DNA of 64,000 nt, taken from contig CBDCTZ010000015.1 of assembly GCA_965222375.1 (NCBI GenBank), forward strand, positions 1,216,001 through 1,280,000, in the 5' to 3' direction. A model generated the notes under the pieces. That model saw only the letters and a list, made by a program, of their open reading frames with translations, was not told where the DNA came from and searched no databases. This stretch comes from Polyangiaceae bacterium. GTDB taxonomy: Bacteria; Myxococcota_A; Polyangia; Polyangiales; Polyangiaceae. Within the stretch, counting starts at the first letter, position 1, and each line of letters opens with the position of its first letter. Shown here piece after piece: positions 39,450 through 49,014 of this stretch. A program made the position numbers and the translations under genes.

Positions 39450-40481
39450 CCCGGGCACGGCAGCCAACAACTCGATATGGGTCGCAGCCTCGTCGACGCT
39501 TTCCCTTGGGCACGCCTGATGCTCAGGCAAGTCGACGAGGTGCTCGCGAAGTTGGGAGCACCTAAGATAAGTGACACGGCATACCGACCCGACACCGGAT
39601 CCAGTCCGGAAGAAGACGACGCTCGCTTTCAGCGGCTATCCCACGTGGAAGCCGCAGGTCCTGCCATCGTCTTCACCGCGGCGCTCTGGACGCGCTATCT
39701 CGAAATCGTCGGCGTGCGCCCGGATGTCGTTGCCGGTCACAGCCAAGGGGAGCAGAGCGCGTTCTTTGCGGCCGGTGCAGTGAACCTGGAAGGGTTGGTG
39801 CAGCTCAGTGCGTTCATGGGGCGCGCTGGGTCTCCGAAATTCAACCCGGATGCTGCGGGCATCATGGCTGTATTCACTTGCCCCACCGCAGTCACCGAGG
39901 AGCTACTCGAGGGCGCTGGCGGCTACGCGATCATCGCCGCACACAACGGCCCGGAGCAGGCAGCCGTCGCAGGCGAGCGCGATGCGGTCGAGCGCGCGAT
40001 GGCGGCCGCGGCCGAACGAGGCATCGAGGTTCGCCCGCTGCCGGTCTCCAATGCCTTTCATACGCGTCTGGTAGCCGAGGGCGGCCACTACATGAAGGCG
40101 AATTGTCCCAACCTTCCTCCAGTTGGGGAGATCGCCGCCACGCTGGTTTCTAGTCTCGACGCCAAGGTGGTTGGCCCGCAGCTCCTGCCCGTCGATCACT
40201 TCGTGGGCATGGTGACGAAGCCGATTCTGTTCGAACAAACCGCGCGGGCGGTCGCGCCGGAAGTGGACCTCTTCATCGAACTCGGCCCAAGCGCCCACCT
40301 TTCCGGGCTCATGCGCGGCATCGACGCCAGCTGGACGTGCCTACCGATCGAGCCAAAGCCAGGGCACACGCGCGCATTGCACTGCGTCGCTGCGGCGCTC
40401 TTCGCCTACGGCGCTCCAGTAAAATGGCCGCTCTTTTTCCGCACGACGCAAAAGGCCTGGGGCTGCGCCAAACCCTCCTAG
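39450..40481 (+). pseudogene. detached type I PKS acyltransferase domain (5'-truncated)
   Basis: In-frame PGHGSQ lies upstream of the first ATG; GHSQGE, N.P.Q...AG, VSNAFHT, FIELGP; post-AT linker A.LF..G..V.W. Confidence 0.7.
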
Positions 40482-40508
40482 GCCGCTCGGCACAAGCCGT
40501 GAATCCGC

Positions 40509-41255
40509 TCAGCCCCCCACGATCGGGCTGTCCATCCAGGCATGAGACGGCGTGGCCGACGCGAGGGGTGGCGGATCCAACAAGCTCACGGGCGGGTTCG
40601 ACGGAGCGGCCGCAACGCAGGTGAGGACGAATTGGTCGTAGCGTATCCACCAGCCCGGGAATCGAGCTCCGTCGCAGATCGCCACCAAGCTCTGCCATCC
40701 GCCGTGTTCGTCGCCCAAGAAGTCGATCTCGACACTTCGAGTGTCCCTACGTAGGCCCGTACGCAGCACCTTGAGCGCGCTTTCCTTCGCCGACCAAATC
40801 AAATTGGCGATCATGTCGCGCTCCATGGCGCCCTCGACCAACTCTTGCTCGCTGGCCGTGAAGTAGTCCCGCACGAAAGCTGCGGAACGAGGTTCCACCA
40901 GTTCCAAATCGCAGCCCACTCGAAGCTCGCCGTGCAGCACGCTGCACACAGACCAATCCGCGCGGTCCGTCATGCCGATCACGATGCCCGCTTCCGCGCC
41001 ATCGACCTGCACCTCCGGAGCGCCGTCGCTCGCATTGCGCACCTGCACTCGACTCAGCCCCTCGGCGCCAGTGGGAAGTCCCAACGCCCGCGCCACGGTG
41101 GTCTTGGCAGTCCAGCGCGACAGCCGAGACTCGTGGCGGCGCTTGGCGTAGCGCATCGTCCCAATCCGACGATGCTCTCGGTCATCCATCCACGCGTCGT
41201 CGCTGGGCACGTCCGCCATGCCCGCCGAAAGCCAGCTGATCCGGAGCCCGGCCAT
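40509..41255 (-). CDS. Sfp-type 4'-phosphopantetheinyl transferase
   Basis: GAP, VGCDLELVE, WSAKESALK. Confidence 0.88.
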   Translation of the reverse strand: MAGLRISWLSAGMADVPSDDAWMDDREHRRIGTMRYAKRRHESRLSRWTAKTTVARALGLPTGAEGLSRVQVRNASDGAPEVQVDGAEAGIVIGMTDRADWSVCSVLHGELRVGCDLELVEPRSAAFVRDYFTASEQELVEGAMERDMIANLIWSAKESALKVLRTGLRRDTRSVEIDFLGDEHGGWQSLVAICDGARFPGWWIRYDQFVLTCVAAAPSNPPVSLLDPPPLASATPSHAWMDSPIVGG

Positions 41256-41300
41256 GGCGGGCGAGCTTAATCCCGGAGTCCGACCAACGCCACGCCCCCT

Positions 41301-41420
41301 GAGCAGCGTACCGCCAGTTCTACATCGACAAAGAAGTGCTTGCGGCAACGGGCGTGCGCGATTTTACGCACTATGCGGTTGATCCAACGGCTGAGCTGAT
41401 GCTCGAATTCTTTTTGACGA
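41301..41420 (+). pseudogene. 3' relic of an HSDL2-like SDR gene
   Basis: EQRT(G)/QFYIDKEVLAATGVRDFTHYAVDPTAELMLEFFL matches the C-terminal motif TG.F.ID..VL...GV.DF..YAV.P...L..DFF. Confidence 0.6.
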
Positions 41421-41470
41421 CGCATGACCGGACAAGACGCTCAGACACGACCCTTCGATCGGACTCCAGC

Positions 41471-41926
41471 ATGACACGACGAACCGAGCTGTACCTTTCG
41501 CCCTTCCTCCTCCTGGCGGCCCTGCTGGCCTGCAAGCGCTCTTCAGATGCGGCGCCGTCTGCAAGTGCCACAGCTGAGGAGCCACCGGCTGTCACCGCAG
41601 CGCCCGAAACCCCGACCCCGGCGGCAACCGACGAACCCACCCCAGCGGATCCCGCGCCAAGCCCCGCTGTTGGCGGCAAGAAGCCAACCCCTGGGCCGAA
41701 GCCCATCACGAAACCGACCACCACGCCCAAAGACTCGGGCGCCCCGCCGCCCAAGGATGCGGGAGCGAGCAAGCCGAGTGGTCCGTCCAAGGCGTGCGTG
41801 CAAAAGTGTCAGTCGGCTCTACAAGGTTGCCTGACGCCGGGCGTGACCGAAGGCGGCGCGCCGAAGCTACCCAACGTGGCAAACTGCCAGAACGCTTTCC
41901 GCGCCTGCCAAGCCGCTTGCAAATAA
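41471..41926 (+). CDS. Pro-rich lipoprotein with Cys-helical C-terminus
   Basis: Lipobox LLAC; C...C......C and C......C...C. Confidence 0.7.
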   Translation: MTRRTELYLSPFLLLAALLACKRSSDAAPSASATAEEPPAVTAAPETPTPAATDEPTPADPAPSPAVGGKKPTPGPKPITKPTTTPKDSGAPPPKDAGASKPSGPSKACVQKCQSALQGCLTPGVTEGGAPKLPNVANCQNAFRACQAACK

Positions 41927-41958
41927 CCTAGCCGACTCCAACGCAACCCTCGGCGGCT

Positions 41959-43506
41959 TCAGGCCACGTTGGGTTTCCAGGTGGTGCCGTCCGGGCCGTC
42001 CATGATGGCGATCCCCATGGCAGTCAGCTCGTCCCGAATGCGATCCGCCGCCGCCCAGTCCTTGGCTGTGCGTGCGGCCAGGCGCTGCTCGATGAGAGAC
42101 TCGATTTTGCCGACGTCGAAACCTGCGGCTTCGGTGCCCGCGGTTTGAGTCAGTTCCAGCACCCCCAGGACCGAGGTCATCTGTTCGAAGGCCGCCAGCT
42201 CGTCCGCCAGTGTGCCGTCACCGTCTCCGGGCGGCTCGGCTTGGATGTCGTAGTGACCGGCTGCATCGTTGAGGGCGGCGATGGCGCCGGAAACGTTGAG
42301 ATCGCTGCACAGGGCCTCTTTGAAGACAGCCAACCCGACAGCGAAGGGTCCCTGCTTGGGCGCAGCCACTTTCTGATGCGTCGTCAGCCACTTCTGCATG
42401 CGGCTCCAACGGTCGATCTGACGTTGGCAGTCCTTGACGCCTTGGAAGGTGAAGTTGGCGTGGCTGCGGTAGTGAGTCTTGATCAACTCGAGGCGCAGAG
42501 CTGCGGGCGATGCGCCCTTCTTCTGCATGTCTTCGAGGGTGAAGAAGTTGCCTTTGCTCTTGGACATCTTCTCGCCCTCGACGCGCAAGAAGCGAGTGTG
42601 AAACCAGTATCGTGCGAAGGCGTCCGCACCCGTAGCAGCTCGAGACTGGGCGATCTCGCACTCGTGGTGCGGAAAGATGTTGTCTTCACCACCAGAGTGG
42701 AGATCGATTTCGCCCCCCGTATCTCCCGCAAGTAAGTCCTGCGCCATCACGGAACACTCGATGTGCCAGCCGGGGTAGCCCTCGCCCCAGGGGCTGGGCC
42801 AACGCATCAAGTGGGTCGTGTCCGGCTTCCACAGCATGAAGTCAGCCGGATGGCGCTTGAGCTCTTGGGTCGCGTCGTCCACGCGACCGCCCTCGCCAGA
42901 GCGAATTGCGTTCGGCGTGTTCCCGGAAAGCTGTCCGTAGTCAGGAAACGACTGAATGTCGAAGTAGACGACGCCGTCGTCGGCAACGTAGGCGTGTCCC
43001 TTCTTCATCAACGTCTCGATCATGCTGATCATCGCCTGCACGTACTGAGTGGGCCGCGGCATGAGCTCCGGACGCTGCTTGGCGTCACGGATGATTTCCA
43101 GCCCCAAGGCGTCAGCGTCTCGAATGAACGCATCTGCGTAGAAGTTCGCAACAGCCAACGGGTCGTTGGCGTCGATGTTCGCGCCGGCGGGGAGCGTGCC
43201 CGCTTTCTTCGCCTCGGTGAGGCGACGCGCGGCGACCTCCATTTTGTCTTCACCGCCGCCGTCGGCCAGATCGTCCTCGGTCATATGGCCTACGTCGGTC
43301 ATGTTCATGACCTGCTCGACCTCGTAACCGCATAGCTCCAACGTTCTGCGCAGCACGTCGGCGTTGAGGAACGAGCGGAAGTTGCCGATGTGCGCGTAGT
43401 CGTAGACCGTCGGGCCACAAGAGTAGAAGCGAACGCGCTTGCCAGCCGGATCGATGGGTTTGAAGTCTTCGTCGCGGTTGGTCAGGCTGTTGTAGAGGCG
43501 AAGCAT
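41959..43506 (-). CDS. cysS: cysteine--tRNA ligase
   Basis: YSCGPTVY, HIGN, GYPGWHIECS, HSGG.D..FPHHE.E, KMSKS. Confidence 0.97.
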   Translation of the reverse strand: MLRLYNSLTNRDEDFKPIDPAGKRVRFYSCGPTVYDYAHIGNFRSFLNADVLRRTLELCGYEVEQVMNMTDVGHMTEDDLADGGGEDKMEVAARRLTEAKKAGTLPAGANIDANDPLAVANFYADAFIRDADALGLEIIRDAKQRPELMPRPTQYVQAMISMIETLMKKGHAYVADDGVVYFDIQSFPDYGQLSGNTPNAIRSGEGGRVDDATQELKRHPADFMLWKPDTTHLMRWPSPWGEGYPGWHIECSVMAQDLLAGDTGGEIDLHSGGEDNIFPHHECEIAQSRAATGADAFARYWFHTRFLRVEGEKMSKSKGNFFTLEDMQKKGASPAALRLELIKTHYRSHANFTFQGVKDCQRQIDRWSRMQKWLTTHQKVAAPKQGPFAVGLAVFKEALCSDLNVSGAIAALNDAAGHYDIQAEPPGDGDGTLADELAAFEQMTSVLGVLELTQTAGTEAAGFDVGKIESLIEQRLAARTAKDWAAADRIRDELTAMGIAIMDGPDGTTWKPNVA

Positions 43507-43596
43507 GACTCCCCAATATCACTCTGAGCGGGGAGTTTCGAGCTGGGCGGCCGCGGGCGCCCCGGGCCAGGGCAGCTCCGGCGTCACTCAGGGCAG

Positions 43597-43663
43597 CAGG
43601 GCAGCTCTGTTGCAGACCAAACCCTCCCCTGGCTTTTGTTTGGATGGCAACAGAGCTGACCTG
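43597..43663. repeat. 26-bp-arm inverted repeat (REP-like / possible terminator)
   Basis: cagggcagctctgttgcagaccaaac-N15-gtttggatggcaacagagctgacctg, 22/26 complementary. Confidence 0.8.
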
Positions 43664-43750
43664 GGTCCAGAGGCTGCTGCCGTGGACCTCTCGCCTGATT
43701 GGACACGCCGCGCGGGGCTGGGCATGAAGGACGCGGCGCTTCGACCAGGA

Positions 43751-45343
43751 TCAAGGCTTGGGCGCAAGGCGGAGTGGGGCAGCTGATCGACGCGACCTCG
43801 ACGGTTGCAGCAACATCGATCTTTCGTTGGCGTCCTGGGGCTCGCCCCATAGTTCCCGCAGGGTTGGCCCGCTGTCGTCGCGGCGATCTCGAAGCAGAAA
43901 GTTTTTGATTTCGTAGGACCAAACCCTGCGACCCATTTCGGCGTACCACCGCATTGCATCGCGCAGGCGCCGATCCGGCTGCAGAAATGTGCGCCAGAGC
44001 GCCCGGGGGCGAAGCTGCACAGCGGCCTCGACGAGCTTGACCCAAAGCAACACGCGCCACGGCGGAATGTGGCGTGTCTCTAGAACCTGGTGCTTGTAGT
44101 CCCAGCGTCGTTGGTCGGTCTGAACGACGCGCCGCTCAGCCGCGATGCGATAGTACGGCGTCCAGCGATGAGGTGTGACAAACAGCGCTTGGATCTGATC
44201 TGGATCGTAGGTGATGAGCTGCTTGAGTCCGCGGAGGAAGTCGGCGTCGGTTTCCTCTTCGAAGCCGACGGCCCAGGTGGCCATTGAGAGGATCTCGTGT
44301 TTGCGCAGCAGCCGCACAGCTTCGCGGTCTGTCGCGGTGGTTCCCCCCTTCCGTATGAGTTGAAGGGTGCCTTCGTCGGTATTCTCCATGCCCAGCAGGA
44401 AGCGGGTCCACCCGGCTTTTCGGTATAGGTGCAAGATGTCAGCGTCGCGAACGATGTCGTCGGCGCGCGTTGAACCCACGAGCGTCATGTTTACATCCTC
44501 GGCGATCAGCGCCTCGAGGAATCTGCGCCAGACAGACCGATTCACCGTGGGGTTCTCATCGGCGAAGTTCACGACTTCGACTCCATGCTCGCGCTGAAGC
44601 CAGGCGAGTTCTGAGGCGAGTTTCTCAGGATCCCGGTGTCGCCAACGGGACCAGAAGCCTCGTTGGCCGCAGTAGTTGCATTGATGAGGGCAGCCTCGCG
44701 ACAGCTGAGCCACCACCGCACGCTTGCCTCCCCAATAGCTGTAGTCCTCGAAGTCGATCAGCTCCCAGCCAACCCGATACGCGTCCAGGTCGTAGATCAC
44801 GCTCGCATCCGGGGTCGTGCGGACTTCGTCGTCGTTTCGATAGGCCAAGCCGCGCACTGTCGCGATGTCGCGCCCTTCTTGCAGAGCCTGGATCAGGCTG
44901 AGACAGGTCTGCTCGCCTTCGCCTCGGACGATGACATCGATCTGCGGCTCTCGAGCAAGAACTTCTCGGTAGTGGTACGTCGGGAAGACACCCCCGTAGA
45001 CGATGGTCACGGCGGGCAGCGCGCGGCGTACGGCTCGGCTCAGCTCGGCGACGATTGGGTGGGCGGCGGTGGAACCGGAATGACCGAATAGGACGGCGTC
45101 GGGCTCGAGGCTCGCAGCCGCCTCGACTATCTTCGCCACAGAGGTCGCGCCGTACTCGCCGTCCTTCCAGACGTGACGAAGCCGTTCCCGACGCGCCTCG
45201 CGATCAGCATCGAGCAGGTGGACCTGGTGGCCTGCATCCAAGAGCGGGCCGCCGATGGCGAGCAAGCCAAGTGGCGGTAGATGATCGTCGGGGATGCGAC
45301 TTCCGATGGAGGGGTGGGGCACGTTTATCAGGACGATTCGCAT
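43751..45343 (-). CDS. B12-binding radical SAM protein, BchE-like
   Basis: PPLGLL B12 domain, RGEGE, SRGCPHQCNYCGQ (Cx3Cx2C), ADENPT, STRADDIVRD, WDYKHQVL. Confidence 0.85.
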   Translation of the reverse strand: MRIVLINVPHPSIGSRIPDDHLPPLGLLAIGGPLLDAGHQVHLLDADREARRERLRHVWKDGEYGATSVAKIVEAAASLEPDAVLFGHSGSTAAHPIVAELSRAVRRALPAVTIVYGGVFPTYHYREVLAREPQIDVIVRGEGEQTCLSLIQALQEGRDIATVRGLAYRNDDEVRTTPDASVIYDLDAYRVGWELIDFEDYSYWGGKRAVVAQLSRGCPHQCNYCGQRGFWSRWRHRDPEKLASELAWLQREHGVEVVNFADENPTVNRSVWRRFLEALIAEDVNMTLVGSTRADDIVRDADILHLYRKAGWTRFLLGMENTDEGTLQLIRKGGTTATDREAVRLLRKHEILSMATWAVGFEEETDADFLRGLKQLITYDPDQIQALFVTPHRWTPYYRIAAERRVVQTDQRRWDYKHQVLETRHIPPWRVLLWVKLVEAAVQLRPRALWRTFLQPDRRLRDAMRWYAEMGRRVWSYEIKNFLLRDRRDDSGPTLRELWGEPQDANERSMLLQPSRSRRSAAPLRLAPKP

Positions 45344-45436
45344 ACCCCAGCGCAGCACAGTCGCGTGCAACGCACGTGCGCGTGGGCGACAGGGAGCGTG
45401 GAGATCCTGTGGAGTTGTCGGGTCAGCTCCGCTGCT

Positions 45437-47152
45437 TCACTGCTGGGCTTCGAATTCGCGGTAGCGGCGCTCGAGCTCCCACTGAAGGGTGGCTTTATCG
45501 CTGGCGTCGAGGAAGGTCTGGCAGGCAGTGGGCGGTAGGGGGTCGCCGTAGTAGCTGGTCGACGTCGGTGCGCATTCAGGCACCGGTTGGAGAGAGTCGA
45601 GGGAGACCCACAGGCTTGGTCCGGAAAGGAACGACTTGTCGAGGCTCGTTCGCGCCATCTTCTTGAGCGTCTTGTAGTCGAGCTTCTGATCTTGAACCGC
45701 GAAGAAGTACTCGCCAGCCATGCTCGAGCGCGACACGCCTTGGTCGTCGGTCGCCAGCGCCACAGGAACGCCAGCCTGCAAGTAGCTGGCGAGGGGATGC
45801 GCAGCGCCGCTGATTTCCAGGATCTGTATGTTGCTGCTCAATCCGATTTCGATCATCACGCCCTTCTGCTTCAACTCCGTCAGCAGGCCTTGAGGGTCGG
45901 ACTCCCCGAGTACGTCGATGCCGTGACCGATGCGGGAGGCTTTCGCGATCTGCACGGCCTTGCGAATGTGGTCAATGTTAGCAATGTTAACATTGGGCGG
46001 TAGGTACTTGGGCGTGATCTCGCCGGCGTGCAGCGTGATGCGAAGTGGGCTCTTGCCCGCATAAGCCCCGTGCAAGTAGCCGAGCATCTCCATATGACGA
46101 TCGTAAGCGCTGAGCGCCTTGGAGCCGTCTTCGGGCCCCACCAGGTTCACGGCGACGAGGCGAGGCTCCACCATGGCGGCTTCGAAGGCCGCAACCATCT
46201 GGCCGAAGACTCGGGGCCCGCTTCCGCTGCGCGAGATGTAGGCCATGTAACGGGCAGTGACGCGGCAAGCCCGCGCCGGGTTGGCGCCGTCGCAGCCGAG
46301 CTGCTGCCTGGCGCCGGACTCGGTGTTCTGAATGTCGCTGACGACGTTTTGCACCGCAGCGTTGAGGCCGCTCGATGCAAGCAGATCGGCGTGGAATTGC
46401 GGCAATGCGGCTGTGGTTACCGTGCCACCGGTCCACACCGCGCTTCCCCAGCTGGCCGCTGTCGAATTCGAATGGAGCATGGGCTCGACGTAGATCAGGT
46501 TCTCGTCGTCAGCGCGGAACATCACGTCGGCGAGCCCTCGCGAGTGATACGGCTTGCCGGAGATGGCCGCGAACTTGCCGAAGGTCGAAAAGAAGTGGTC
46601 GTGACCGGTCTCCACGCCCGGCACGAAGTCCTGCATCGACCAGGCCCGAACCACATCCATGAAGAAAGCGTCTACGGGCGTCGGTACAGGTGACGACGTC
46701 GACGTGTTGCTGCAGGACTTGGACAGCGCCAAGGAGCTGTTCTTGATGCAGAAGCCACCCAAGTCCCGGGCCCACTGCATGTAGCTCTCGGCATACACCG
46801 AGCCCGACAGGTGCATGTGCAAGTCCCCACCCTTGGGCACTGCGATCATGTAGTCGAGCAGTGCCTTGGGGTCGCCGAGCATGCCGTCCATCTTGTCGGA
46901 TGCCCGCTGCTCATCGGCTAGGGCACAATCGGCGACGCTGCCGGCATCACAACCCGGCGCAGGTGCATCCGCGGGTGCGTCGCTCGGCGCGTCCGCGGCC
47001 GGGGAATCCGCGCCGGCATCCGTGGGGCCCGCGTCGGATGCGTCCGCCACACCCGCATCAAAGCTTGGTTGCCCCGGCGAATCGTCGCTGCCTCCGCAGC
47101 CGGCGACCAGTGACAGGAGGACCAGTCCGACAAGTGTGGCGCGAGAAGTCAT
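45437..47152 (-). CDS. adenosine deaminase family lipoprotein
   Basis: Lipobox VAGC; PKGGDLHMHLSG, LHAGE, RIGHG, ATDD. Confidence 0.88.
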   Translation of the reverse strand: MTSRATLVGLVLLSLVAGCGGSDDSPGQPSFDAGVADASDAGPTDAGADSPAADAPSDAPADAPAPGCDAGSVADCALADEQRASDKMDGMLGDPKALLDYMIAVPKGGDLHMHLSGSVYAESYMQWARDLGGFCIKNSSLALSKSCSNTSTSSPVPTPVDAFFMDVVRAWSMQDFVPGVETGHDHFFSTFGKFAAISGKPYHSRGLADVMFRADDENLIYVEPMLHSNSTAASWGSAVWTGGTVTTAALPQFHADLLASSGLNAAVQNVVSDIQNTESGARQQLGCDGANPARACRVTARYMAYISRSGSGPRVFGQMVAAFEAAMVEPRLVAVNLVGPEDGSKALSAYDRHMEMLGYLHGAYAGKSPLRITLHAGEITPKYLPPNVNIANIDHIRKAVQIAKASRIGHGIDVLGESDPQGLLTELKQKGVMIEIGLSSNIQILEISGAAHPLASYLQAGVPVALATDDQGVSRSSMAGEYFFAVQDQKLDYKTLKKMARTSLDKSFLSGPSLWVSLDSLQPVPECAPTSTSYYGDPLPPTACQTFLDASDKATLQWELERRYREFEAQQ

Positions 47153-47354
47153 GTGCAAGCGTTCGTTCACGAGGTCGTCAGCATAACCCACTAGCTCGAG
47201 GGTCGCCGACGCCGGAAGCTGTGGACCCAAATACTTCGCTCGGGCTAGCATCGAGCGAAATGGCTTCGAAGGGGCGAGGTACCGTCCACCTGGTTTTCGG
47301 CACCGTGCTGCTCATTGGCGGGCTCATCGCGCGACAAAAAGGCTCTGGTTGAAG

Positions 47355-48149
47355 ATGGAGGTGTTGCCCTATCTCGTAGCCACGCGCGGGTTGCAGCAGC
47401 GCTTGGATCTATCGCCGCTGGGGCACGACTTCGAACCGGACCACGTGTTCGATCCGATGCTACGGGCCAGCGCTCCCTTTCTCGACTTGCTCGAACGCCT
47501 TGACGCCGCGACCTTCGGGCGGCGTGGCATGCCGATGCCGCGCTGGGCGTTCTACGACTGCGCTGAACTGCCGGGCGCTGTGCTGGGGCTGTCGGCACGG
47601 GCCGGAGATCTCCCCCCGGCGCTGCGCGGAGACTTCGGAGATGTCGACGCTAGCCGGCTGGTGCCGGTCTCCATGTACATGGCGATCCCGACCCTGATGC
47701 AGCACGAGTGGTTGGGCTACTCGCTATGCGCCTTCGATCTCGCGAGCGACGGATTTCACGGAGCGGCGTTGGATGTGGCCACCTTGGCACTTTCCGTCAC
47801 CGCGCTGCGCGCGAGGCAGGTGACGGGCACGGTGCAGTGGAACTCGCCCCACCTGCCGGCGACTGCGCGGTTTGCTCCGTTGCTGGTGCGAGCTGCGTAC
47901 CTTCCAGCGCACACCCGCGCTACGACCTGCGTGTTTCGCTTTGATGTCGATGCCTCGCGGGTCGAGGCTGGGCTCTCCGGCGCGCACGACATGATCGAAG
48001 ACGTCGAGTGGATGCCCGGCGACGATCCCAGCGCGCATCAGGCTGCGCAAATGCGAATTGAGGCTGGGGAGCGCGCGTTCATCGTCGGTCGCCCCGAATC
48101 GCGCAATGGGTCGCGGCACATCCCCCTGCGCTGGGAGGCGGCCAAGTGA
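47355..48149 (+). CDS. hypothetical protein, paralog A
   Basis: Full-length similarity to the next ORF (LDLSP.G, TFG..GMPMPRW.F.D.AELPG, QW, PAH, Q.RIEAGER). Confidence 0.8.
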   Translation: MEVLPYLVATRGLQQRLDLSPLGHDFEPDHVFDPMLRASAPFLDLLERLDAATFGRRGMPMPRWAFYDCAELPGAVLGLSARAGDLPPALRGDFGDVDASRLVPVSMYMAIPTLMQHEWLGYSLCAFDLASDGFHGAALDVATLALSVTALRARQVTGTVQWNSPHLPATARFAPLLVRAAYLPAHTRATTCVFRFDVDASRVEAGLSGAHDMIEDVEWMPGDDPSAHQAAQMRIEAGERAFIVGRPESRNGSRHIPLRWEAAK

Positions 48150-48997
48150 GCATCGCACCGCGCAATCCACGCTTGCTCGAGCGACTGCGCCCTTTCGTGG
48201 TCGCGACGCCGGGCAACGCCAGGCATCTGGACCTCTCGCCCATCGGCATGGACATCGCACCGGACCATGTGGTCGACCCGTTGCGGACCAACTCAGCGCC
48301 GTTCTTGGAGCTGGTGCGCAATCTCGATGCCCTCACCTTCGGCCCCGAGGGCATGCCGATGCCGCGCTGGGTATTCGTGGACGGAGCCGAGCTACCCGGC
48401 GGGATCTTCGGCTTCGGTTGCCCGATGGAGACGCTGAGTTCGGGCGCCCGGGAGCTTCTGAAACCCGCGGCTGACTATGCGGGACTCGTTCCGCTCTCCA
48501 TCTACATCGCGATTCCGACCCACGAGCCCGGCACGTGGTTGGGCCACAACCTCGCGAGCCTGGCGCCTCAGCTTCGCGACGATGACTTACGCGGACTGGG
48601 TGGGCTCACCAAAGCGACTGGGCTGGCCGTGTATCGTGCCTCGCGCCAAGTGGGCGTCACCCAGTGGGCAAGCCGCGCGCTCTACATCCATACGCGTATG
48701 GGCGCCATGGAACTACTGACGGCATGGACACCCGCGCATAGCGAGGCCTGGTCCCTGACCTATCGCGTGAAGCTCGATACTCGCGTGCTCTACCACCTGG
48801 CGCGGGATCCCAGGGGCGAGGTGCCCCGGCTCGAGGCCGAAGACTACATCGACAGCGAGGACCACGCGGCCATGCAGGCGCTGCAAGATCGCATCGAAGC
48901 CGGAGAGCGCTGGTGCATTCCGGGTCCGCCACAGCCCGTCGAAGAGGGGCGGCAGCGGGTGCCTATTGCTCGCTTTGAGCCGGATCCAAAAGACTGA
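48146..48997 (+). CDS. hypothetical protein, paralog B (GNAT-like motifs)
   Basis: GTGA overlap with paralog A; LRGLGGLTKA; QW.S.AL..H.RMG. Confidence 0.8.
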   Translation: MSIAPRNPRLLERLRPFVVATPGNARHLDLSPIGMDIAPDHVVDPLRTNSAPFLELVRNLDALTFGPEGMPMPRWVFVDGAELPGGIFGFGCPMETLSSGARELLKPAADYAGLVPLSIYIAIPTHEPGTWLGHNLASLAPQLRDDDLRGLGGLTKATGLAVYRASRQVGVTQWASRALYIHTRMGAMELLTAWTPAHSEAWSLTYRVKLDTRVLYHLARDPRGEVPRLEAEDYIDSEDHAAMQALQDRIEAGERWCIPGPPQPVEEGRQRVPIARFEPDPKD

Positions 48998-49014
48998 CGC
49001 TCGCCCGCAGCTGG

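Noticed and set aside
43751..45343. Assigning bchE and inferring phototrophy
   Set aside because: N-terminal signature differs from canonical BchE and no other bch/puf genes are present
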